A DNA stretch of 64,000 nucleotides from an uncultured Chloroflexia bacterium (lineage in GTDB: Bacteria > Chloroflexota > Limnocylindria > Limnocylindrales > CSP1-4): positions 1,107,543 to 1,171,542 of the forward strand of contig CAWHDR010000001.1 in NCBI GenBank assembly GCA_963828165.1, written 5' to 3'. Of this stretch, positions 1 to 7,628 are shown in pieces. Below the pieces are notes generated by a model. That model made no database searches. It was not told the origin of the DNA and worked only from the letters and a program-made list of their open reading frames with translations. The position numbers and the translations under genes are program-made. Each line of letters begins with the position of its first letter. Positions within the stretch are counted from its first letter, which is position 1.

Positions 1-159
1 GAAGCGTCCGAATGAGGCGTAGGCGGCGTACGTGCGCGTCGCCGTACTCCGCCTGGTTCGCGGCGGTCGGCCTTCCGGCGGGCAGCAGGCCTTCGCGGAG
101 GTAGTACTTCAACGTCGCCAGCGGCAGCCCGCTGGCTCGGCTGAGGTCAGAGATCCTCA
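1..159 (-). CDS. MerR-family transcriptional regulator, N-terminal HTH part (3' end runs off the window)
   Basis: Not in the ORF track because it is open at the window edge. The reverse strand from GTG at 159 reads VRISDLSRASGLPLATLKYYLREGLLPAGRPTAANQAEYGDAHVRRLRLIRTL, a typical MerR N-terminal HTH. Divergent from 258..830. Confidence 0.7.
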
Positions 160-195
160 CAGCCACCTCGTCATTCGTCCGTATCGGGTCTGACT

Positions 196-236
196 GGATA
201 GTAGCACTATCCGCGATATGGATAGCGCCGCTATCC
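196..236. promoter_or_regulatory. Two tandem 6-5-6 palindromes, candidate operator pair in a divergent promoter
   Basis: GGATAG-TAGCA-CTATCC (196-212) and GGATAG-CGCCG-CTATCC (220-236) have identical perfect arms and lie 7 nt apart. They sit in the 98-nt spacer between the MerR-like gene and 258..830. Confidence 0.45.
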
Positions 237-257
237 GATCGTAAAGGAGTCTCCAAG

Positions 258-830
258 ATGGCTGAGCTGACGCTCAATCTCCGAGCGAGCCGCGAATTCG
301 TTGGCTGGCCGCTCGCAATCGTGTATCCCGCGATCGTGATCGCCTCGCTCCCGATCTGGCCGTTCGGCTGGAATCTCGCTCTTCACATCCTCGGCGCGGC
401 GTTGCTCATCGGGAACGCGCTCGTGATGGCGGTATGGCTCACGGTGGCGGGCTTCTCGCAAAGTGATCCTGCCAAGCGGCGTGCCGCTCGAGTCGTCAAC
501 CTCGGGGATGCTTGGTTCACCGTTCCGGGCGTGATCCTGCTGCTGTTGAACGGGTTGGCGATGGTCGGCGCCCGATACGGCGGCCTGGACGTCTTCACCA
601 CGACCGGCTGGATCACCGCCGGCGTCGTGCTCCTGACCCTGACCGGGATCATCTGGGCCTTCCGGCTCGTGCCCGCCCAGCTGGCTCTGTATCGGCTTGC
701 GGCCGCGGATGGGCCACTTGATGTGGAAGCCTTCCGGGGCGTCCTAAGCCGCTGGTACTTGTGGGGCGTCATCGCGACAGCCCTGCCACTGCTCGCCGTC
801 TTCGTCATGACGACGAAGCCCACCCTCTGA
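258..830 (+). CDS. DUF2269-like integral membrane protein
   Basis: 190-aa ORF with about 4 hydrophobic helices (PLAIVYPAIVIASLPIW, ALHILGAALLIGNALVMAVWL, and others). AAGGAG lies 8 nt upstream of the ATG. Confidence 0.7.
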   Translation: MAELTLNLRASREFVGWPLAIVYPAIVIASLPIWPFGWNLALHILGAALLIGNALVMAVWLTVAGFSQSDPAKRRAARVVNLGDAWFTVPGVILLLLNGLAMVGARYGGLDVFTTTGWITAGVVLLTLTGIIWAFRLVPAQLALYRLAAADGPLDVEAFRGVLSRWYLWGVIATALPLLAVFVMTTKPTL

Positions 831-1394
831 TCAACCGAAAGGAATTCGGCCGGTTGTCCTTCTGTTTGTGGTCCTCGTCGCGCACGGTCCGCGTAGTTCT
901 AGCGGCCGCTCGCTCAGAAGTGGGCTGGAACGTCGACTCGTTCGACCTCAGGGCTGATCGTCCCGCTTGCGCATGAGCTGCAGGACCCCGTCGGCGTCTT
1001 CACACACTGGACAGCGCAATCTCGGCGGCGGGCCACCACCAGACCACACCGCGAGTGCCCTTGGTGTGCGGAAGGTCGCCCCGCAGGCTGTTGCCGTACG
1101 ACGGAGATGTCGCGCCACAAAGCCAGGGGTTCCTCGAAGGTGCCAACGATTGGTCCACTCCCCATGGTGGATCCACTCGCGCGCGCTCGTCATGCGCGGA
1201 GCCTATCGACGGTGGCCTTCCGCTCACCACCCGCATGCCTGGCTTGCGTCTTGCAGGCGCGTCACGTTTCAGAATGCCACTCGCGAGGCACACCACTGCG
1301 GAAAACGAAATCCGAACATGGGCTAGCCCGATTGGCTGCTTATCGCCCTGCTGGTCGCGCGGTACGGTCGGGCCGACCCCCTTGGAGTAGTTGA

Positions 1395-2141
1395 GTGTCT
1401 GATCCTGTGTCCGAGAGGATCCTGCCCGAACCCGTCACGCAGCCTTCGCCCCGTCGTCAAGGCGGGCGAGGCGTTACCGCCCGCCTCGGACGACGCCTCC
1501 GGCTGGTGCTCCGACAATCGAGCGAGATGCCGGCCGCGGACGAGCCGCCCGTCTCGAGCGCCTTGCCTCCCGAGGTCGAGTTCATCGGCTATGCCGAGGA
1601 CTGCCTGTTCCGAGGTCACGTCCGAATGGCGGCTGATCGCCTGACGGACCTGCTCAACGACCACGACGAGTACGAGCTCGTCGACGTGCTCGTGGAGGAT
1701 CTCGCCGGCGACCGGACCGTCCAGCTCAGGGACATCGTCATCGCCAGAGACGAGCTGCTTCTGGTCCATGTCGTGGGGCCTCGCGGCGATCGAGGTCGAC
1801 GTGTCCGGACGAGACAGCATCCACTGGCGATGCAAGTCGGGCCGTATCAGGTCCGTGGCTATATCCACGCACTGCCAGGGACCGACGCCGTATCCAGCTT
1901 CCGCCATCGCAAGCCGATGGTCCCGCTCACCGAGGCGTGGATCGACTACCTGCAGGGCAACGCCCAGCAGCGCCGTCAGGTCGCGACGGTCGTCGTGAAC
2001 CGCCACCAGGTGGACTGGGTGGTCGAAGCGCAGGAAGCCGAGGTCGAGATGCCAGACCTGTTCCTCCAGCCCGACCAGGGACCGTTGTTCAAGGACTTCA
2101 CGGGCTACGTCCTGCGAGGTCAGGCCCAGCGCGACCGCTAG
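1395..2141 (+). CDS. Hypothetical protein
   Basis: 248-aa ORF with balanced composition and GC-rich third positions. The antisense ORF 1323..2210 looks like an Arg/Asp/Leu shadow. No family recognised. The true start may be internal (M45). Followed by a hairpin. Confidence 0.5.
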   Translation: MSDPVSERILPEPVTQPSPRRQGGRGVTARLGRRLRLVLRQSSEMPAADEPPVSSALPPEVEFIGYAEDCLFRGHVRMAADRLTDLLNDHDEYELVDVLVEDLAGDRTVQLRDIVIARDELLLVHVVGPRGDRGRRVRTRQHPLAMQVGPYQVRGYIHALPGTDAVSSFRHRKPMVPLTEAWIDYLQGNAQQRRQVATVVVNRHQVDWVVEAQEAEVEMPDLFLQPDQGPLFKDFTGYVLRGQAQRDR

Positions 2142-2153
2142 CAGCATTGGTCG

Positions 2154-2188
2154 GACGCCCGGAGGGCGGGAAAGCCTCCTCGGGCGTC
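2154..2188 (+). terminator. GC-rich hairpin just after the stop of 1395..2141
   Basis: GACGCCCGGAGG-loop-CCTCCTCGGGCGTC forms about 12 bp with a 2-nt bulge, starting 13 nt after the TAG. No clear U-tract. Confidence 0.35.
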
Positions 2189-2317
2189 TCGGCGACCAGA
2201 CGAGTCCCACGCCTTGGTCCGTCTCGGCAATCAGGCAACGTCAGGCGATCGGTCGCGATCTCAGCCATCAGCCTGCGCGGATCAGACCCATCGCGCCGCA
2301 TCGCGTAGCGTTACCTA

Positions 2318-2770
2318 ATGAGCCGCGAGACCGAGGATCTCAACCGGCGCTTACTGCGCGCTCGCGATGCGATGGACCGTTCATACGCCGAGCCGCTGGA
2401 CGTCCGCGCGGTCGCGTCGGTCGCCCACATCTCGCCGGCGCACTTCATCCGCAGCTTCCGCGCGGTGTTCGGCGAGACCCCGCATCGCTACCTGCAGCGC
2501 CGGCGGGTGGAGCGCGCCATGTTCCTGCTGCGCGAGAGCGATCGGACTGTCACGGACATCTGCTTCGACGTCGCCTTCACCAGCTTGGGAACATTCAGCA
2601 GGACCTTCCGCAAGATCGTGGGCGAGACGCCGTCCGGCTATCGCCGAGGCCATGGCCCGATCGTCGCTCCCCATTGTGTACAGCTCGCCGCGATGCGACC
2701 GCGGGTGGCGGTTGGCGAAACCATGCGATCGAGCAGTTTTGGAGAAGCGGCTCCTGCGATCCAGCCGTAG
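2318..2770 (+). CDS. AraC-family transcriptional regulator (short, HTH domain only)
   Basis: AraC HTH signature: AHISPAHFIRSFRAVFGETPHRYLQRRRVERAMFLL ... DICFDVAFTSLGTFSRTFRKIVGETPSGY. Confidence 0.85.
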   Translation: MSRETEDLNRRLLRARDAMDRSYAEPLDVRAVASVAHISPAHFIRSFRAVFGETPHRYLQRRRVERAMFLLRESDRTVTDICFDVAFTSLGTFSRTFRKIVGETPSGYRRGHGPIVAPHCVQLAAMRPRVAVGETMRSSSFGEAAPAIQP

Positions 2771-2811
2771 GGTGAACGACGTCCACATCGAGACCAGGGA
2801 GAACAAGCGAG

Positions 2812-3243
2812 ATGATCACCAGGCTCAACGTCGCCTCCATCTACGTCCTGGACAAGGAGGAGGCCCTCGACTTCTACGTCAACAAGCTTGGCCTCGAAAA
2901 GGGTAACGACGTGCGCCAGGGCGACTATCGCTGGCTGACGATCCGGGTCCCGGGCGAGCCAGGCACCGAAGTCTCGCTGGAGCAGCCCGGCCCGCCGCTG
3001 CATGACGAAGCCACGGCAGCGCAGATCCGGGAGCTCATCACCAAGGGTGCCCTGGGCGGCCTCGTGTTCATCACCGACGACGCTCGCGGCCTTTACGAGA
3101 TGCTCCGCGAGCGCGGTGTCACCGATTTCACGCAGGAGCCCACCGATCATTTCTACGGCACGGACATGGGGATTCGGGATCCGTTCGGCAACCCGATCCG
3201 GATCCTCCAGCAGGGCAAGGCCGCCCAGAAGGCGACAGCCTGA
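2812..3243 (+). CDS. VOC (glyoxalase/bleomycin-resistance/dioxygenase) family protein
   Basis: 143 aa. N-terminal IYVLDKEEALDFYVNKLGL and C-terminal HFYGTDMGIRDPFGNPIRILQ are typical VOC beta-alpha-beta-beta-beta modules. Confidence 0.85.
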   Translation: MITRLNVASIYVLDKEEALDFYVNKLGLEKGNDVRQGDYRWLTIRVPGEPGTEVSLEQPGPPLHDEATAAQIRELITKGALGGLVFITDDARGLYEMLRERGVTDFTQEPTDHFYGTDMGIRDPFGNPIRILQQGKAAQKATA

Positions 3244-3266
3244 GGCGCGACCGGACGAAGGAGGAC

Positions 3267-3755
3267 GTGAAGATGCCGAGCAAGCCGGCAACGAAGAGCG
3301 AGCACGGGACTCGCGACGATGATCGAGTCTTCTCCGAGGCGGAACGTGCCGCGGTCGCCGCGACCGCCCGTGAGCGAAAGGCCACCTCCGCCCGCAACCC
3401 GGCCGAGGCACGCGCCGAGGGCCTCAAGGACCTTCGCGACAGCCTGGCCAAGATGCCCGCGGACGACCGGGCGATGGGGGAGCGGATCCACGAGGTCGTC
3501 TCCGACGCCGCCCCGGCGCTCGTCCCGAAGACGTACTACGGCATGCCGGCGTACGCCAGGGAGGGCAAGGACGGCAAGGTCATCGCCTTCTTCAAGCCCA
3601 AGTCGAAGTTCAAGGTCCGCTACTCGACGGTCGGCTTCCAGCCTGACGCGACCCTTGACGACGGCGACATGTGGGCGACCGAGTTCGCGGTGATCAAGCT
3701 CACACCAAACGTGGAGTCGCGGATCGCCGAGCTCGTCAAGAAGGCCGCCGGCTGA
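3267..3755 (+). CDS. DUF1801 (YdhG-like) domain protein
   Basis: C-terminal domain MPADDRAMGERIHEVV...YYGMPAYAREGKDGKVIAFFKPKSKFKVRYSTVGF. Paralogue of 5685..6134. Confidence 0.8.
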   Translation: MKMPSKPATKSEHGTRDDDRVFSEAERAAVAATARERKATSARNPAEARAEGLKDLRDSLAKMPADDRAMGERIHEVVSDAAPALVPKTYYGMPAYAREGKDGKVIAFFKPKSKFKVRYSTVGFQPDATLDDGDMWATEFAVIKLTPNVESRIAELVKKAAG

Positions 3756-3891
3756 GGGCTGGCTCGCGGACTGACGCGCCATCGATGGCCGGGGCGCCCG
3801 CGAGAACATGCTTCCGGGGTGTCATCGTCGACATCCCGACGTGCTTCGACCGGGTTTCGAAGCCGTCGTGGTCGGAGGGTATCCTCGGTCG

Positions 3892-5493
3892 ATGACCTCG
3901 CTCCGGGCGCTCCTCGATACCGCGCTCGCGCGTCTGGGCGCCATCGGGGCCGACAGCCGGGACGACGAGGAGACGCGCGGCCGGAAATCACTCCTCGTGC
4001 TCGTGTCGGTGCTGATCCTCCCGGTCTCGCTGCTGTGGGGTGGTCTCTATCTCGCGCTTGGAGCGCAATCCGGTGTGCTCGCGTTCATCTACTTCGCCAT
4101 CTCGCTCGGAGCGATCGCGCTCTTCGCTCGCACGAGAGACTTCGCGCTGTTCCTGCACATCGAGTTCCTCGACATCCTGCTCGCGCCGAACCTGTCGATG
4201 ATCCCGCTCGGCGGGTTCATCACGTCCACCGGCGTCGGCGTGTGGGGCATCCTGGCCCCGATGGGCGCGCTCGTATTCGTGGGTGTGCGAGCTGGCATCC
4301 ACTGGTACGTGGCGTTCCTGGCGGTCTTCCTCGGCTGCGGCATCGCGGGCGAGATCCTGGGCACCATTTCCCCGCTGCCGATGTGGTTCACGACGGTGAT
4401 GCTGGCGCTCAACATCGCGGTCGGCGGGACGATGGTGTTCACGCTCCTCGCGCTGTTCGCCCAACAGCGACAGGAGGCCCTGACGGCCCTGCAGGTCGCC
4501 CAGGACCAGGCCGAGAACCTGCTCCTCAACGTGCTGCCGCGCCCGATCGCCGAGAAGCTGAAGGCCGAGCCCCAGACCATCGCGGACAGTTTCACCTCGG
4601 CGTCGATCCTCTTCGCCGACGTGGTCGACTTCACCCGGCGCTCCGAGCAGCTGTCACCGGCCGAAGTCGTCGGCATCCTCGACCATCTCTTCAGTCATTT
4701 CGACATGCTGGCCGATCGATACGACGTGGAGAAGATCAAGACCATCGGCGATGCCTACATGGTCGCCGCGGGAGTCCCGTCACCGCGCCCGGATCATGCC
4801 CGCGCGCTGGCGCTGATGGCGCTCGATATGGTCGATGCCATGCGCACGAGCGACGAGGTGGGACACCTCGGCCTGGAACTGCGGGTGGGCATCAATTCCG
4901 GCCCCGTGGTGGCGGGCGTCATCGGCCGCAAGCGATTTCTGTACGACCTGTGGGGCGACGCCGTCAACACCGCCAGCCGGATGGAATCGTCGGGGACCGC
5001 CGGACGGATCCAGATCACCCGCGCGACCTACGACCTGATCGAGGATGAGTTCGTGTGCGAGCCGAGAGGGACGATCTCGGTCAAGGGCAAGGGTGAGATG
5101 GAGACCTGGTACCTGATCGAGCGACGAACGACAACCGCTGCCGGTGTTGCAGGCGCAGAGGTGGCAGCGCTCGGAGGCGACCCGCTAGCGACGCGATCGC
5201 GATGCCGCTGCGACGCTTCGACGGCCCGGAGGCCCCGGGACGGATTATCGTTCCGGGATGCCGCGCGATCCGAACATCCCCGACGCGTTCGACGTGTTCA
5301 CGCTGGTTCTTCTGCGCCGTCCCGACGACGCCCCGGAGATGCCGGAGGCCGAGCTCGACGCCCTGCAGTCCCGGCACCTGGCCTACCGAGCGAAGCTGCG
5401 CCAGGACGGCGTGCTGGTGGCCAACGGCCCGCTCGGGGAGCAGTCGGATCCATCGTTCCGCGGCCTCTCGATCTTCTCGTGCGACCTCGATGA
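3892..5493 (+). CDS. Membrane-anchored class III adenylate/guanylate cyclase
   Basis: About 6 N-terminal TM helices, then the cyclase core (ASILFADVVDFT, KTIGDAYMVAAG, GINSGPVVAGVIG, YDLWGDAVNTASRMES). Start moved to ATG 3892, with GGAGGG upstream. The last ~120 codons are Arg/Pro-rich and overlap the next gene (see findings). Confidence 0.8.
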   Translation: MTSLRALLDTALARLGAIGADSRDDEETRGRKSLLVLVSVLILPVSLLWGGLYLALGAQSGVLAFIYFAISLGAIALFARTRDFALFLHIEFLDILLAPNLSMIPLGGFITSTGVGVWGILAPMGALVFVGVRAGIHWYVAFLAVFLGCGIAGEILGTISPLPMWFTTVMLALNIAVGGTMVFTLLALFAQQRQEALTALQVAQDQAENLLLNVLPRPIAEKLKAEPQTIADSFTSASILFADVVDFTRRSEQLSPAEVVGILDHLFSHFDMLADRYDVEKIKTIGDAYMVAAGVPSPRPDHARALALMALDMVDAMRTSDEVGHLGLELRVGINSGPVVAGVIGRKRFLYDLWGDAVNTASRMESSGTAGRIQITRATYDLIEDEFVCEPRGTISVKGKGEMETWYLIERRTTTAAGVAGAEVAALGGDPLATRSRCRCDASTARRPRDGLSFRDAARSEHPRRVRRVHAGSSAPSRRRPGDAGGRARRPAVPAPGLPSEAAPGRRAGGQRPARGAVGSIVPRPLDLLVRPR

Positions 5494-5641
5494 GGCCCGG
5501 CGCTTGAGCGACCTCGATCCGTCGGTCCAGGCAGGGCGCTTGACCTACGACGTGTTCGAGTGGTGGGTTGCCGCGGGGACGCTGGCGTTTCCGGGCACGA
5601 CGGGGGCGGTCGGCGAGCGCCGCGCGATGCCTGACGATTGA
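5258..5641 (+). CDS. YCII-related domain protein
   Basis: 127 aa: FDVFTLVLLRRPDD...LQSRHLAYRAKLRQDGVLVANGPL...GLSIFSCDLDEARRLSDLDPSVQAGRL, typical of the YciI-like fold. Confidence 0.7.
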   Translation: MPRDPNIPDAFDVFTLVLLRRPDDAPEMPEAELDALQSRHLAYRAKLRQDGVLVANGPLGEQSDPSFRGLSIFSCDLDEARRLSDLDPSVQAGRLTYDVFEWWVAAGTLAFPGTTGAVGERRAMPDD

Positions 5642-5684
5642 CGCCGGCCGCTCGCGGTGATGGCCGCTGTCGATCCTCGACCGC

Positions 5685-6134
5685 TCAGCTCACCGCCTTC
5701 GTCACGAGCTCGGCGATTCGCGCCTCGTCGGCGGCGGTCAGCTTCGTCAACGCCCAGGACGTCGGCCACATCGAGCCTTCGTCGAGGTTCGCGCCCTCGT
5801 CGAAGCCGAACGTGGCGTATCTCGACTTGAACTTATCGGCCGCCTGGAAGAAGCACACGTTCTTGCCATCCTTGGCATAGGCGGGCATCCCGTACCAGAG
5901 CTTCGGAGCGAGCCCTGGCGCCGTGGCCCTGACGATGGTGTGGATCCGTTCAGCCATGACGCGATCCGAATCCGGCATCTCGGCGATCTTCGCGAGCAGC
6001 GCCTTCTCAGCCTCGGCCTGGCTCGCCTCCGCCTTCAGCTCTTTGGCACGCTCTCGCATCGCGGCCTTTTCTTCGGTCGAGAACCCCTTGGACTTGCCCG
6101 TCGTGCGCTTGTTGGCTTTCGGCGTGGCGTTCAT
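5685..6134 (-). CDS. DUF1801 (YdhG-like) domain protein
   Basis: 149 aa: [16 protein letters not shown]...[32 protein letters not shown]. By-eye alignment gives about half identical residues to 3267..3755 over the C-terminal domain. Confidence 0.8.
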   Translation of the reverse strand: MNATPKANKRTTGKSKGFSTEEKAAMRERAKELKAEASQAEAEKALLAKIAEMPDSDRVMAERIHTIVRATAPGLAPKLWYGMPAYAKDGKNVCFFQAADKFKSRYATFGFDEGANLDEGSMWPTSWALTKLTAADEARIAELVTKAVS

Positions 6135-6258
6135 CGGGGTTCTCCTTGCGAGTCTTGATCGGGGACGACCCCGATGCTAGGCAGCACACGCTGCCGTGGC
6201 TTCTCCGAAACTGCTCGATTGGTCTGGGCGGCGGTCGGATGTCGCGGTGCTGGGTCAC

Positions 6259-6492
6259 CTAGGACGGGTCGGGCGCCGAAGCGCCGCCCGCCAGCGTCGC
6301 GAACAGGTCCACGCCGTTGTCGTCCGGGTCGAGGACCGTCGCGTAGCGCATCCCCCAGAACGCATCGAATGGCTCGAGAGGCGGCTCGCCATCCGCACTC
6401 GCCGGAAGGTCGAAACCGAGCCGCCGGTAGAACGCCATGGACCGGGCCATGTCGGCCACGACGAGGCCGATGAGGTCGAAACGCGCCGTCAT
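6259..6492 (-). CDS. Truncated VOC/glyoxalase-family protein (internal in-frame deletion, probably a remnant)
   Basis: Only 77 aa. The N-terminal VOC strand-helix (FDLIGLVVADMARSMAFYRRLGFDL) is joined directly to the C-terminal end (DAFWGMRYATVLDPDDNGVDLFATL). The middle ~50 aa of a normal ~125-aa VOC protein are absent. Confidence 0.55.
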   Translation of the reverse strand: MTARFDLIGLVVADMARSMAFYRRLGFDLPASADGEPPLEPFDAFWGMRYATVLDPDDNGVDLFATLAGGASAPDPS

Positions 6493-6525
6493 GGTGTCAG
6501 CGTAGCGAAACCCACGGGCCGCTGA

Positions 6526-6969
6526 TCAGCCGGCGAGGAGCTCGACGACTCGGAAGCGCTGGAGCACGACGAGCGTGTCGTCATCGAGGACGAAGGCCGG
6601 GTCGCCGAGCGTCGCGCGCAGGTCGTCGAGGTAGCCGTTCCAGAATCGCTCGTGCGCGACCCGGAACTCGTGCGCGTCCGCGTAGCCCTCTCCTTCGTCG
6701 ATCGCATGCCGGTCGTCGACATCGGCCAGGCGGACGACGCGGCAGTCGACCGTCTCGATCACCGCAACCGCACGTTCCTCGGAATCGAGCAACACCTCAC
6801 GGGCGCCCCGGATGGGGATCGCCTCGCCCTCGGCCTCCATCTCGGCCAGCAGGCCGGCAGTCGTCGTTTTGGTACCGGCCAGCGCGAGCGCCGTTAGCTC
6901 ATCACGGAGCGGACCGGGGAAGGCGAACCCCCAGGCTGGAAGCGCGGCGAGGTCGGCGCGAAGTGGCAT
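6526..6969 (-). CDS. ASCH-domain protein
   Basis: WGFAFPGPLRDELTALALAGTKTTTAGLL ... HAIDEGEGYADAHEFRVAHERFW is typical of ASCH/PUA-like proteins. Start set at M18 of the ORF (ATG 6969). Confidence 0.7.
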   Translation of the reverse strand: MPLRADLAALPAWGFAFPGPLRDELTALALAGTKTTTAGLLAEMEAEGEAIPIRGAREVLLDSEERAVAVIETVDCRVVRLADVDDRHAIDEGEGYADAHEFRVAHERFWNGYLDDLRATLGDPAFVLDDDTLVVLQRFRVVELLAG

Positions 6970-7001
6970 CAAACGGATCGTAGCCGCTCCCGTGGCACCA
7001 C

Positions 7002-7020
7002 GTGCACAAAACTTGTGCAC
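7002..7020. promoter_or_regulatory. Perfect 8-3-8 palindrome, candidate ArsR-type operator
   Basis: GTGCACAA-AAC-TTGTGCAC is an AT-richer element in the 80-nt divergent spacer between the ASCH gene (start 6969) and the ArsR-like gene (start 7050). A GATAGT -10-like hexamer follows at about 7034. Confidence 0.45.
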
Positions 7021-7049
7021 ACTTTCTTTGCATGATAGTTTTGGTCGCG

Positions 7050-7628
7050 ATGACGACCGAATCGAACGCCTCCACGCTCCATTTGGACGCCCATGCCGTG
7101 AAGGTGCTCGCGCACCCGCTCCGATCGCGCCTGCTCGGCGCGCTGCGGCTCGGCGGCCCGGCGACCGCCACCGCCCTGGCGGAGCGCCTCGGCACGAACA
7201 GCGGGGCGACGAGCTACCACCTGCGTAAGCTCGAGTCGGTCGGACTCGTCGAGGAGACCGGCGAGGGACGCGGCAAGGAACGCCCCTGGCGCGCCTCGAC
7301 CGAGATGCACAGCTTCACCCAGCGCGACGTCGCCTACGACGCCGACGGCCAGGCGGCCGCGGACTGGCTGCGCCGGTACTACCTGCGCTCGTTCCTGGAT
7401 CGCTATGAGGCCTGGCTGGACGACCACGCAGCGTGGTCGCTCGAGTGGCAGGAGGTCGCCGACGCCAGCGACTACCTGCTGCGCGTGTCGCCGCGGCGTC
7501 TCGCGGAGCTCGAAGCCGAGATGCGCACGCTCCTGGAGCGGTATCGAGACCCGGACCCCGATGACCCCGATGCCCTCCCCATCGAGATCCACCTCCACGC
7601 CTTCCCATTGGAAACGGCTCGGCGATGA
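7050..7628 (+). CDS. ArsR-family winged-helix transcriptional regulator
   Basis: AHAVKVLAHPLRSRLLGALRLGGPATATALAERLGTNSGATSYHLRKLESVGLVEE. Start set at ATG 7050. The stop overlaps the MFS start (ATGA). Confidence 0.8.
   Translation: MTTESNASTLHLDAHAVKVLAHPLRSRLLGALRLGGPATATALAERLGTNSGATSYHLRKLESVGLVEETGEGRGKERPWRASTEMHSFTQRDVAYDADGQAAADWLRRYYLRSFLDRYEAWLDDHAAWSLEWQEVADASDYLLRVSPRRLAELEAEMRTLLERYRDPDPDDPDALPIEIHLHAFPLETARR

Noticed and set aside
3808-3891. Upstream extension of the cyclase ORF (MLPGCHRRHPDVLRPGFEAVVVGGYPRS).
   Set aside because: It is basic junk preceding a good ATG (3892) that has GGAGGG upstream. Similar N-terminal trimming was applied to many ORFs, including 9789..11096, 12268..13938, 13455..15590, 42325..43368, 52022..53530 and 60274..61674.
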